A DNA stretch of 64,000 bases from Lytechinus pictus (lineage: Eukaryota), in the NCBI RefSeq assembly GCF_037042905.1, contig NC_087250.1, positions 11,100,001 through 11,164,000 of the forward strand, given 5' to 3'. Shown here piece after piece: positions 26,661 to 39,512 of this stretch. Positions within the stretch are counted from its first letter, which is position 1; each line of letters begins with the position of its first letter. Below the pieces are notes generated by a model. That model saw nothing but the letters and a program-made list of their open reading frames with translations, ran no database searches and was not told the origin of the DNA. The translations under genes and the position numbers were made by a program.

Positions 26661-26749
26661 TTTAGAAGGAACCTTTCCCGCGACTGATTGTTGGTTATTT
26701 GGTATGGCTTGTCACTCTTGCTACTGCTTACATGACCACGTCCTCTGAT

Positions 26750-28242
26750 CAGGGTGACCAGATTTCATAAAATGAAATACGGGACAATTAAAAAATAAAG
26801 ATCAACAAAGAAGGCTACACATTGTTAGACTTGTGAAAAAATATAAATAATTAATTGGGAGAGTGAACAAAAGAATGAAGGAGAGAAAGAAATGAGATGA
26901 ATTGAGAAGAAAGAAAGAAAATATGAAGGGGAAAATGAAAGAAAAAAAGAAGAAGATATTTAGAATAAAAGAATAAAAGAGAGAAAAAAAGGTTTCCGTC
27001 ATTCTTTGAAATGAATATAGCAAGAAAGAAAGAGAAAGGAAGGAAAGATGGATAAATGTGTGAAACACAAAATAAAAGAGAGAAAGGAAAAAAGAAAGTA
27101 AGAGAAATGTAGGAGGAAAGAAAAATGTTTCCTTCATTCTTTGACAGAAACAAACAAAGAAGAAAACAGGGAGGAAGGAAGGAAGGAATGAAGGGAAAGA
27201 AAGAATAAGGGAAAATAATTAGACTAAAAATAATGAAAGAAAGGAGGAGAGAGGAAGGAAAGAATGAAGGGAGGATCGGAATGAAAAAAAGATAAAAAAT
27301 GGAAAGAGAGAAAGAGCGAAAACAAAAGGGAGACTGAGCACGGGAGAAGGAAGAAAGAAAGGAAAGTTTAAGAAAAAAAGAATGAAGGAAATAAAACGGA
27401 AATTTAATAAGTAAGAGAAAGAAGGAAAGAAAGAAAAATGAACAGAGAGAGAGAGAGAAAGGTTCGGGAAAGAAAGATAGGAAATGAAGATACATGGAAT
27501 AAAAAAGGGCAAGCAGGAAGGATAGAAGGATGAAGAAAGAACAATGGAAAAGAAAGAAAGAGGAAAAATGTTCGAACGTCAAGCAAAAAAATCCAATCAT
27601 CTAACAAAAATTATAATGATATTTGGTGTTTTTTAAATATATTTTTCAAATCTTAAGAATCTAAAATATTTTAGAAATGAATAAAATTTCAAAGTGAAAC
27701 ATTGTCAAACTTAAAAATTAGATGAAACATCACGGCATCAAACACACCAAGACTCAAAACGAAAGCTGAAACAACTAGATATAGTTATTAAAACTTAATA
27801 ACTTTGTTCCTCCGATTACATCTCCAAATCAGAAATCTGAGAATACATAATATTGTTTATCATGTATCATGTATTAACTGTTATCATGTAAGATTGTTGC
27901 ACCATTGAGAATCTGCTCCGATCCATGCCTGGCTATAGTAGCCGGCCTGCCACACACAGGCAGTTAGTAGGCCATGCAGTTCGTTTGCAAGAAAATCACA
28001 GTACAGTGCAGATTTTGCTAAAGTTTACACATGCAGTTAACGATTTTATTGTTGTCTCTGCTTCGTCATCTGTTGGTTATTTGATGAAAATTCGTCACTT
28101 TTAAATGTATCAACTATACCCTTTGTTAAATATTCTGAAATACGGGACAAATAGGCGTCCCGGGAAGGATTTGTCGGGACGCCGGGACAAAGGAGCAAAA
28201 TACGGGACGATCCCGGGAAATACGGGACGTCTGGTCACCCTG
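26750..28242. mobile_element. Non-autonomous hAT-type element with purine-rich interior
   Basis: TIR CAGGGTGACCAGA / TCTGGTCACCCTG. 8-bp TSD CCTCTGAT at 26742-26749 and 28243-28250. Subterminal TACGGGAC repeats. Empty site present in sister copies. Confidence 0.92.
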
Positions 28243-28253
28243 CCTCTGATATA

Positions 28254-29072
28254 CAGTGCGTCCTACAAAAAACGAAACCGAGATTTATCGATGATTAATC
28301 ATAACTTAATCACAAATACAATAGACAAATGACATACCATTTTGAAGCTTAGAATCTGCTCTTTCGTCTGAAATTACTTAGATTATTTCTCATTCACGCA
28401 TGAGTGAGCAAAAACAATTTGAAAAGGGGATACCAAAAAGTCACTTGGCGGGCCGTATCTGGGTTTTAAAAAGAACACCACATTTCTGAAAAGTTCAATA
28501 TCTGCTCTTAAATTTGATACCTCAATTACAGAAAATGGTCGAGAAATAACAAAGTTCTGGTTATTTGAAATAAGGCTTGAATTTCAATAATTTCATAAAA
28601 TGAAGAGGGTTTACAGGCTAGCGTTCAAACTCACTCGACACTCCGTTTTGTTGACGATCAGCCATGCATTAAGTCTTTTGTTACTGTGCGATAGCTTCTG
28701 TGGGAAACCGGTGAAAACACGTTTATTTAATGAAAATATGGAAATACAAGCATTGTTTCGAGGGATCATAACCATTTTACTTCTTGACCATTTTCTGTGA
28801 TTAAGGTATCAAAGAAAAGAGCATATATTGAATTTGTTAGTCATGTGATTTTCTTTTTGAAATTCAGATACCCCCCGCCAAATGAGTTTTTGGCATCCTT
28901 TCCTCGGATTGTTTTTGCTCACTCATGCGTGAATGAGGAATAATCTAAGGAATACCAAATGAAAGAAGAGATTCTAAGCTTTACATTGATAGGTCATTTG
29001 TCTATTTTATTTATGATTAAGTTATGATAAATAATCGCTAAATATCGGTTTCGTTTTTTCTGGGAAGCGCTG
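28254..29072. mobile_element. Tc1/mariner-type MITE
   Basis: TA|CAGTGCGTCC...AAAAAACGAAACCGA and TCGGTTTCGTTTTTT...GGAAGCGCTG|TA, with long imperfect inverted arms and a TA TSD. Confidence 0.88.
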
Positions 29073-29100
29073 TATATGTACATGATATGACTCACAAATA

Positions 29101-29559
29101 GACCAGTTCGTAGTTACTTCATGGACAATTTTGGTCAAATGACCTTTCATTTCTTTCATTATGATAGGCAGATTTCAAAGCAAGATATTACGTAAGCTTG
29201 CCTTACATAGCAGGATGAAGAAATTGAATAGACCAGGTGACTAGAATAGCACACCAATGAACACTTTATGAAGGTATCTGTTGCATTCCTACTTTGAATG
29301 CATATCATAGCATGTTGCACAATGTACTTGGCAAACTGTGAAATACCAGTCGTTCGTTGACGCATTTTTTTTTTTTTTTGGATGTAAACCTGGTAAATGA
29401 AAACCACAATTCAAAATAATATATGAATAATCAAGACATCAAAGTTGTGCTTATCTCATTAGATTTTAAACCACCATGTCACTTTAGTACAAATGACCTT
29501 CCTCTAATCATGCGTAGAGTCTTTTGGTCATGCGCAGAAAGAAACTACGAACTGGCTTC
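29101..29559. mobile_element. MITE of uncertain superfamily with TA duplication
   Basis: TIR core CCAGTTCGTAGTT / AACTACGAACTGG. The empty site CACAAATAAACG in copy 4 implies TA was duplicated. Confidence 0.75.
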
Positions 29560-30501
29560 TAAACGTAGTGCAATCATGAATTAAATACAAAATACTAGCC
29601 GTCATGAGTAATTATCGGTACAGAAATGCTCTATACAAAAATTTAAAAGTCCGTACATTACTTTTGATTCGCCTTAATTGACATGATTAGGCATATTGCC
29701 TACCTTGAAATCGTGGTTCTAAAAGCAGTCTCAAATCGCGACAGAAGCTTCCTTGTTTGGGATCACAGCACATGAAAGTAAAACCCCTCTACAATACAAT
29801 GCAAGCATTCCTACATACTGGCAACGACGGGTAATGTTTGTATTGAAAACCCGCCCGAGCGTTGCTTCGATGCGTTCGACTTCAAATAGGCAAATTTAAA
29901 ATAATAATTTATAATAATAATGTGGGTGAAGTAGGGATGTCATTTAAAAAAAAATTGCAGATACCGTCTATTCTACTGCAGGGTATCATTGACGTACAGA
30001 GTACAGGAGTGTGACGCTATCATTTTTGCATTTCAGCATTTTTGAAACCATATTGTTTTTGTAGAGCATGATGAAATACCCCCATTACCGAAATGAAGGA
30101 GGGAATCGGTCCATAGGGGCCAGATACATGACCTCATGAATAAATAATTAGCCCCATGAACCAGGCCAAGTATACTTTGACTTCAATTGGCTAATTATGT
30201 ATTTTATGATTTTCCTCATTATTTCCCCCTTCTGCCAAGCATTTTTTTAATTATCAAACATTATATTAGCAATGTCTGTCCACTTTTTCCCCCTACTTAA
30301 GCGTCCCATGCAGAATTACCCTGAGAGGTTGAGTGTTTGCTTTGCTTGTACCGGATCAATATAACCAATTAGGTATTGCTTGTCATTACAAAGAAAAGCA
30401 ATTTTTACTAAGAATTAAATATAAATGATGACAAACCTAATTTATGCTGGGGGGGGGGGGCATGTACATGTCGTTGCATTAAATTGTGGCATACGCCTAT
30501 A

Positions 30502-33500
30502 TAGCCTAGGAGACGGGGGGGGGGGGGCTTTATTCATAATTTTTGGTGGGGAAGGTTTGACAGGCTTATCCGGGGTAAAATTGTGTGCCGATTCCAAAAA
30601 TGTCACTCCTTTTGACCGTACTCACGACATTTTAGCCATTTTGGCCAATTATTGACCAAAAATGACAAATTTGACCACTCTTTGGAAAATGGTCCCTTAA
30701 CAGAATGCTTTTGTAACCACATCCAATTAAAAGAGTCTATCCTAAGCAAAAATGCACCCAGATTCCAAATAAAGTGGTTTTATTTTCCAAATCACACTAG
30801 AAGTGGTCATTTTGGCCATGTTTTGACCAAAAATTACAATTTTCATGATTTTTTGGTCCGAAATGTGTTACAAACATTGATCAGAACAAAGATTGGATGT
30901 CTTTAGAAATCCACATTTATTTTTAAAATGTGCGCTGGATCATAACAATCAACCTCATATAATTTATTCTGTCAGTTTTGACCTATGACGGTCATTTTGG
31001 GTACTTCAGACATAAACTGACCATTCGCGCAGTTATGCATTATAAACTGTGCAAATCGACAGGAATTAAAGGTCTTCAGCATGTATCTTCTTAACGGGAT
31101 TGCATTTAAAGGTCTATCCTGTGTAGAATTTTATGCTGATTCCAAATATATCAGTCTCAATGATCCTATTTAAAAGCTTGTGGGCATTTTGACCATTTAT
31201 GTCCCTCAAAATGACCAATAATACAAGTTCAATTTATCCAAAAATACTTCGAATGTTACCAGAATCGTTACAAGGGTGTGCTGTGACACTTAACATTGAT
31301 GTATTAATCCTTAAATTGAACATCTTAAAATTATTTTGACTTCATGTAACTTATTCCATCAGTTTTGACCTATAAAGGTCATTTTGGGTACTTTAGACAT
31401 AACTGACCATTCGCGCAATTCTGCATAATAAACTGTGCAAATCGACAGGAATTTGAGGTCTTCAGCATGTATCTTCTAAATGGGATTGCATTTAAAGGTC
31501 TATCCTGTGTAGAATTTAATGCTGATTCCAAATATATTAGTCTCAATGACCCTTTTTAAAAGCTTGTGGTCATTTTGGTCATTTATGTCCCTCAAAATGA
31601 CCAATAATACAAGTTCAATTTATCCAAAAATACTTCGAATGTTTCCAGAATCGTTACAAGGGTGTGCTGTGACACTTTACATTGATGTATTAATCCTTAA
31701 ATTGAACATCTCAAAATTATTTTGACCTCATGTAACTTATTCCATCGAATTTGACCTATGAAGGTCATTTTGGATACTTCAGACATAACTGACCATTCGC
31801 GCAATTCTGCATAATAAACTGCAAATCGACAGGAATTTGAGGTCTTCAGCATGTATCTTTTAAATGGGATTGCATTTAAAGGTATATCCTGTGTAGAATT
31901 TTATGCTGATTCCAAATATATCACTCTTAATGACCCTATTCAAAAGATTATGGTCATTTTGGCCACTTCAATAACATCAGTTCAGTTTATCAAAATATAT
32001 GTCGAATGTTACCAGAATCGTTACAAGGGTGTGCTGTGACACCAAGCATTGGTTTATTATATCTTTAAATTGAACACCATGAGAGTATTTTGACCTCATG
32101 TAACTTATTCCAACAGTTTTGACCTATGTGGGCCATTTTGGGCACTTTAGACATAACTGACCAGTAGCGCGGTTTTACATTCATGTACTATGCAGATACG
32201 TAAGAACTTAGGTCTCCAGCATGTTTTATCTTCTTCCCTTATAAAATGGGAATGCATTCAAAGGTCCATTTTGTGTAGAATTTAATGCTGATTCCAAATG
32301 TATCACTGTAAATGACCCTATTTAACAGTTTATGTTAATTTTGGCCACTAATGGCCGTCAAAATGACCAATAACATCAGTTTAATTTATCCAAAAATACT
32401 TCGAATGTTACCAGAATCGTTTCAGTGCTGTGACACCAAATATTGGTGTATTAATTCTTTAAATTGAACATCTCAAAAGCTGAGTATTTTGACCTCATGT
32501 AACTTATCCCATCCGTTTTTACCTATGAGGGTCATTTTGAGTACTTTAGACATTACTGACCATTCGCGCAGTTTTGCATAATAAACTGTTCAAATAGGCA
32601 GGAATTTGAGGTCTTCAGTGTGTATTATTTTCCTCCCTTATAAGATGGGAATGCGTGTAGAATTTTATGGTTATCAAAAACAAATCAGTCTCATTGACCG
32701 TATTTAAAATCTTTTGGTCATTTTGGCCTCTTTTTGGCCCCAAAATGACTAATAACATAAATAATCCAATAATACTTCAAATGTTACCAGAATCATTACA
32801 AGGGTATGCTGTGACACATAACACTGGTGTATGAACCCTTGAAATTGAGCATCCCCAAAGTAATTTTACTACCTTGGTCATTTTGTCCACCTTAACCCCG
32901 GGCTTGACCCCTGCCCAATGTGTATGTTAATTCACCCTATAGCGAACATGATGAGGATATATTCAGGATTGGGTTAATATTAGCATCAGTTATTGTTAAA
33001 TGGGGAAAGTTTGAAAGCTTTTGGGTGAAAATCAATACAATGATTTCATATAGTCCAGTGTTATTGGCCTAACTATTGGACCCTGTGGTCCTTTTGACCA
33101 CTTTTTACTCAGTGACCAATGACCACTCATACTTTGATGAAAAAAATGCTTAAATGTTGGTCAGTGTCATTATCAGCATGAACTACCAATAATCGGTACA
33201 TCAATGTTAGGTGTCACAGCACACCCTTGTAACGATTCTGGAAACATTCGAAGTATTTTTGGATAAATTGAACTTGTATTATTGGTCATTTTGAGGGACA
33301 TAAATGACCAAAATGACCATAAGCTTTTGAAAAGGGTCATCAAGACTAATATATTTGGAATCAGCATAAAATTCTACACAAGAAGCACCTTTGAATGCAT
33401 TACAATTTAATAAGGGAAGAAGATAATACATGCTTCAGACCTCAATTTCCTGCCTATTTGAACAGTTTATAAGTCATAACTGCGCGAATGGGCAGTTTAT

Positions 33501-34004
33501 GTCTTAAGTACCCAAAATGACCGTCATAGGTCAAAACTGACAGAATAAATTATATGAGGTTGATTGTTATGATCCAGCGCACATTTTAAAAATAAATGTG
33601 GATTTCTAAAGACATCCAATCTTTGTTCTGATCAATGTTTGTAACACATTTCGGACAACAAAAATCATGAAAATTGTAATTTTTGGTCAAAACATGGCCA
33701 AAATGACCACTTCTAGTGTGATTTGGAAAATGAAACTACTTTATTTGGAATCTGGGTGCATTTTTGCTTAGGATAGACCGTTTTAATTGGATGTGGTTAC
33801 AAAAGCATTCTGTTAAGGGACCATTTTCCAAAGAGTGGTCAAATTTGTCATTTTTGGTCAATAATTGGCCAAAATGGCTAAAATGTCGTGAGTACGGTCA
33901 AAAGGACTGACATTTTTGGAATCAGCACACAATTTTACCCCGGATAAGCCTGTCAAACCTTCCCCACCAAAAATTCTGAATAAAGCCCCCCATCTCCTAG
34001 ACTA
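30502..34004. mobile_element. Second Academ-like foldback non-autonomous element, inserted in array copy 4
   Basis: Ends TAGCCTAGGAGA / TCTCCTAGACTA. 3-bp TSD ATA (30499-30501, 34005-34007), confirmed by the empty site GCCTATACTTTCTC in other copies. Near-identical inverted arms of more than 500 bp. Confidence 0.92.
30975..32870 (+). repeat. ~370-400-bp tandem subrepeats (about 5) inside the foldback element
   Basis: A CTGACCATTCGCGCA-type anchor occurs at ~31017, 31403, 31789, 32157 and 32556. One inverted copy lies at ~33190-33540. Confidence 0.85.
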
Positions 34005-36992
34005 ATACTTTCTCGTGATCTAATTGGTCTGTTTCAGGGTTTTTGAGGACAAATACAAGCATTCATACACATACTTCGTCTTAGTATGTTATATATTTTT
34101 AAATCAGCTGCTCACAAAGTGAAACGATACTCACTTTACATTGAGTCTTGACGTCAGTTCTTAGGAACCGTATTCCTGTATACAACTGCATGCATATATG
34201 GTGTATGTTCATATAAATTATATTCATCTTTCTCGCAAGAGGGAGTGGGGCGAAAAGATCGCCAATTTTTGTCTCTCTCTTGTACCGTTTTCAGTAACTC
34301 TTGATTTTTGGTCCGCACCAGGCTCGCACTAAAATAATCCGAACAACACAATAAAAATTGCGTTCATTAACTATAGCGGATTCGTGCTACTTTTACGATC
34401 ACCCATTAAACAAAAAAAAGATCGGGGACGCGGTTCCGGCGATGGTCTGGTGGTGATAGAAGCAGCGCTAACATAGCCCGGGTCGGGTGCTGACTATCTT
34501 AGCCCGCGTCATTCACAAACTCAACTTTTTAAGACATAGCCCGGAGCTGGTACGGATCTGCGAGTTACTGAAAACAGTTTTAATCGCCCTACGATAATCG
34601 CCACTAGTTTCCTTGCATGTCGTAACTATGGCCTCGACAGCAGAGGGCAAAATATAGGTATAAGGTGGGCCGATGAGTTAAGCTCTTATCGTCTTTTCAA
34701 CAATTGTCTTGCTCAAATAATAAAAAAAAATATTGAATTCAATTTCATTCGACAGTATAACTGGTATAATATTAACATAATTCAGAATCACAAGCACTGA
34801 TGCCTTCAATAGCGAGCCAGCACCTGTACAATGAACACTTGTCTTGTAGATGAGGAATGCGGTTAACAATCTAAAATAACATAACATGCATAATGCATTT
34901 AATTTAAGCTAAGTAATGGAAATCAAGTATGATTTTTTTTTTAATATAGGTTTTTATTTAACATACTTTTCGTGTCACATTTGTCACAAATAAAGTCATT
35001 ATTAGCACTCAAAATTGACTTCTACAAGGCAAACTTAAGAACATCTACCCCCAAAGTGTTTCGATTAATTGAAATGAATAAATCAGTCGTTATTACAAAA
35101 ATGGTAAATTGACTAATGATATACATTTGTAACCTGCAAATTCTCAAAAAACAACGAGTGGTCCCACATGATTTTTCAAAGATTATTAATGACCTTTCAC
35201 TTGATCAGATGTAATATAAATTAAGTGAAAGGTTCAAAAATTGCAGGATAGAACATCGTGGGTTCCTTTACGACTAAAATGTGCAGGTACATTGTGCAAT
35301 CTAGAGGAAACTTCCAAGCAATCCGGAAATATAGGTGTAAAAGAAAGACTTATGTCTTCACTTTATCTAAAACTTTACAATTTGAAATTTTGACAATTCA
35401 TAGAAGAAGAACTACTCTTTCATATAGAGCTAGATTGCTTACTTTAAAGTTTCGAAGGCAATTTTGGTTATTTATAAGGAACCTTTCCTGCGATTAATCG
35501 GTGCCGGTAATTGGTATGGCTTGTCACCTTTGCACTGGATACATGACCATGTCCTATGATATACATGTACATGATATGTGACACACAAATAAACGAAGTG
35601 CAATCATGAATTAAATACAAAATACTAGCCGTTATGAGTAAATATCTGTACAGGAATGCTCTATACAAAAATTCATAAGTCTTAAGTCCGTACATTACTT
35701 TAAATTCGCCTTAATTGACATGATTAAGCATATTGCCTACCTTGTCGTGGTTCTTAGCAGTCTAAAATGGCGACAGAGGCTTCCTTCTTTGGGATCACAA
35801 CTCATGAAAATAAAGCCCCTCTACAATACACTGCAAGCATTCGTACATACTGGAAACGACTAGTAATGTTTTTTTTTTTAACCCACCCGAGCGTCGCTTC
35901 AATGCGTTCGAGTTCAAATAGACCAATTTTGAATTAAAATCTAAGTATTACGGTACTAGCTATTATTGTCTACGGGGGTGAAGTAGGGATGTCATTTAAA
36001 CACAAACATACAGAGATCATCTATTCTATTGCAGGGTATCACTGACTTTATACAGAGTGCCGAAGTGTGACGTCATCAATTTTGCGTTTCAGCATTTTTG
36101 ATACCATATTTTTTGTAGGGCATGATGAAATAACCCCACTACCGAAATGTAGGTGGGAATCGGTCCATGGGGGCCTGAGACATGACCTGATGAATAAATA
36201 ATTAGCCCCATGAACCAGGCCAATGACACTTTGACTTCAATTGGCTAATTATGCATTTTAGGATTTTCCTCATTCTTTCCCCCTTCTGCCAAGCATTTTT
36301 TTAATCATCAAACATTATATTAGCAATGTCTGTCCACTTTTCCTCCCTACTTAAGCGTCCCATAAAGAATTACACTGAGAGGTTGAGTGTTTGCTTTGTT
36401 TGTACGGGATCAGTATAACCAATTAGGAATTGCTTGTCATTACAAAGAAAAGCCATTTTTACTAAGAATGAAATATAAATGATAACAAACCTATTTTATG
36501 CTTGGGGAGACATGTACATGTCGTTGCACTAGATTGTGGCATACGCCTATACTTTCTCGTGATCTAATTGGTCTGTTTCAGGGTTTTAGAGGACAAATAC
36601 AAGCATTCATACACATACTTCATCTTAGTATGTTATATATTTTTAAATCAGCTGCTCACAAAGTGAAACGATACTCACTTTACATTGAGTCTCGACGTCA
36701 GTTCTTAGGAGCCGTATTCCCGTATACAACTGCATGCATATATGGTGTATGTTCATATATATTCATCTTTCTCGCAAGAGGGAGTGGGTCGAAAAGATCG
36801 CCAATTTCTGTCTCTCTCTTTTACTGTTTTCAGTAACTCATGATTTTTGGTTCGCACCAGGCTCGCACTAAAATAATCCGAACCACGCAATAAAAATTGC
36901 GTTCATTAACTATAGCAGATTCGTGCTATTTTAAGACCACCTATTAAAAAAAAAACTTGGGCACGCGGTCCTGGCGATGGTTTGGTGGTGAT

Positions 36993-37121
36993 CAGTGGCG
37001 TACCTAGGATTTTCCACAGGGGGGGCAAAACCGTCCGCCCAAAAATTTGACAAGCAAAAAAAAAAAAAAAAAAGGTCTTCGATCAAAAATGAAGGATTTC
37101 GTTCAAGAAAAAAAATTGACA

Positions 37122-37173
<52 letters not shown>

Positions 37174-37341
37174 TCTTCAAGCTCGTCAGGGGGGCATTAG
37201 AGGTCTTAAAGCTCGTCAGGGGGGGGCAAAAAAGGTTTTTCAAGCTCGTCAGGGGGGGCAAAGATACGTTTTTGCATGGGTTGTGACTCGTCAGGGGGGG
37301 CAGAGTGCCCCCCCTGCGCCCCCCCCGTAGGTACGCTAGTG
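36993..37341. mobile_element. hAT-type MITE in array copy 5
   Basis: TIR CAGTGGCGTACCTA / TAGGTACGCTAGTG. 8-bp TSD GTGGTGAT (36985-36992, 37342-37349). Internal poly-A and CTCGTCAGGGGGG repeats. Empty site present in other copies. Confidence 0.9.
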
Positions 37342-39458
37342 GTGGTGATAGAAGCAGCGCTAACATAGCCCGGGCCTGGTGCTGACTATTTTAGCCCGCG
37401 TCATTCACAAACTCAACTTTTTTAGACACAGCTCGGAGCTGGTACGGATCTGCGAGTTACTGAAAACGGTTTTGATCGCCCTACGATAATCGCCACTAGT
37501 TTCCTTGCATGATGTAGCTATGGCGTCGACAACAGAGAGCAAAATATAGGTATAAGATGGGCCGATGAGTAAGGCTCTTACGGTCTCTTCAACAATAATT
37601 CTCTCGCTCAAATAATATAAAAAATATTGAACTTAATTTCATTCGACAGGATAATATTAAGATAATTCATAATCACAGTGATGCATTAAATAGCAAGCCA
37701 GCACCGGGACAATGAACATCTGTCTTGTAGATGAGGAATACGGTTAACATTCTAAAATAACATAATGCATTTAATTTAAGCCAAGTAATGCAATCAAGTA
37801 TGATTTTAAAATATACATTTATTAAACATACTTTTTGTGTCACATTTTTTACAAATCAAGTCATTATAAGCACTCGAAAATAAATTCTACAAGGCAAACT
37901 GAAGAACATCTATGCCCGAAGTGTTTAGAATAATTGAAATGCATAAATCAGTCGTTATTACAAAAAATGGTGAATTGACTAATGAAACACATTTGTAACC
38001 TGCAAATTCTTAACCAACAACGAGTCGTCCCACATGATTTTTCAAAGATTATTAATATCGTTTCACTTGACCGGATGTAAGATGAATTAAGTGATTGCTT
38101 CCAAAATTGCAGGATGGAAAAACTTTAAGTTCGTGGGTTCATTTACGACTAAAATGTACAGGTACACTGTGCAATCACGATGAAACTTCCAAGCAATCCG
38201 GAAATATAGGTGTAAAAGAAACACTTATGTCTTTACTTTATCCAAAATATTACAATTTGAAATTTTGACAATTCATAGAGGAAGAACTGCTCTTTCCTTT
38301 ACAGGTAGATTGCTTACTTTAAATTTTCGAAGGCTATTTCGGTTATTTAAAAAGAAAACCTTTCCTGCGACTAATTGGTGGTTCTTCGTATGGTTTGTCA
38401 CCTTTGCAACTGCATACATGACCACGTCCTATGATATACATGTATATGAGATATGACTGAAATTAAACGTAGTGAAATCATGATTTCTATACAAAATACT
38501 TGCCTCTGTGAGTAAATATCGGTGCAAAAATGCTCTATACAAAAACTCATAAGTCATAAGTCCGTACATTATTTTTAATTCGCCTTAATTTACATGATTA
38601 AGCAGAAGCTTCCTTGTTTGGGGTCACAACTCATGAAAATATAACCCCTCTACAATGCAATGCAATCATTCCTACATACTGGCAACGACGGGTAATGTTT
38701 CTATTGAAAACCCGCCCGAGCGTCGCTTCAATGCGTTCGAGTTCAAATAGACAAATTTAGAATTGAAATTCAAGTATTATGGTACTAGCTATTATTTTCT
38801 ACGAGGGAAAAGTAGGAATGTCAATTAAAAAAAACATGCAGTGACCGTCTATTCTATGGCAGTGCATCATTGACTTACAGAGTACCGGAGTGTGACGTCA
38901 TCAATTTTGCATTCCAACATTTTGATACCCTTTTTTGTAGAGCATGATGAAATACCCCCACTACCAATATTTGTGGGAATCGGTCCATGGGGGCCTGAGA
39001 CATGACCTCATGAATAAACAATTAGCCCCATGAACCAGGCCAATGATACTTTGACTTCAATCGGCTAATTATGTATTTTAGGATTTTCCTCATTCTTTCC
39101 CCCTTCTGCCAAGCATTTTTTTAATTATCAAACATTATATTAGCAATGTCTGTCCACTTTTCCTCCCTAAATAAGCGTCCCATGCAGAATTACCCTGAGA
39201 TGTTGAGTGTTTGCTTTGCTTGTACCGGATCATTATAACCAATTAGGAACTGCTCGTCATTACAAAGAAAAGCCTTCTTTACTAAGAATTAAATATAAAT
39301 GATAACAAACCTATTTTATGCTTGGGGAGGCATGTACACGTACATGTCGTTGCACTGAATTGTGGCATAGGATTATACATTCTCGTGATCTAATTGGTCT
39401 GTTCCAGGGTTTTTAAGGACAAATACAGACACTCATACACATACTTAATCTTAGTTAT

Positions 39459-39462
39459 AATA

Positions 39463-39498
<36 letters not shown>

Positions 39499-39512
39499 AA
39501 TATATATATATA
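39459..39512. repeat. (AT)n microsatellite expansion in array copy 6
   Basis: Expanded from the short TATATAT seen at the same position in other copies. Confidence 0.9.
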
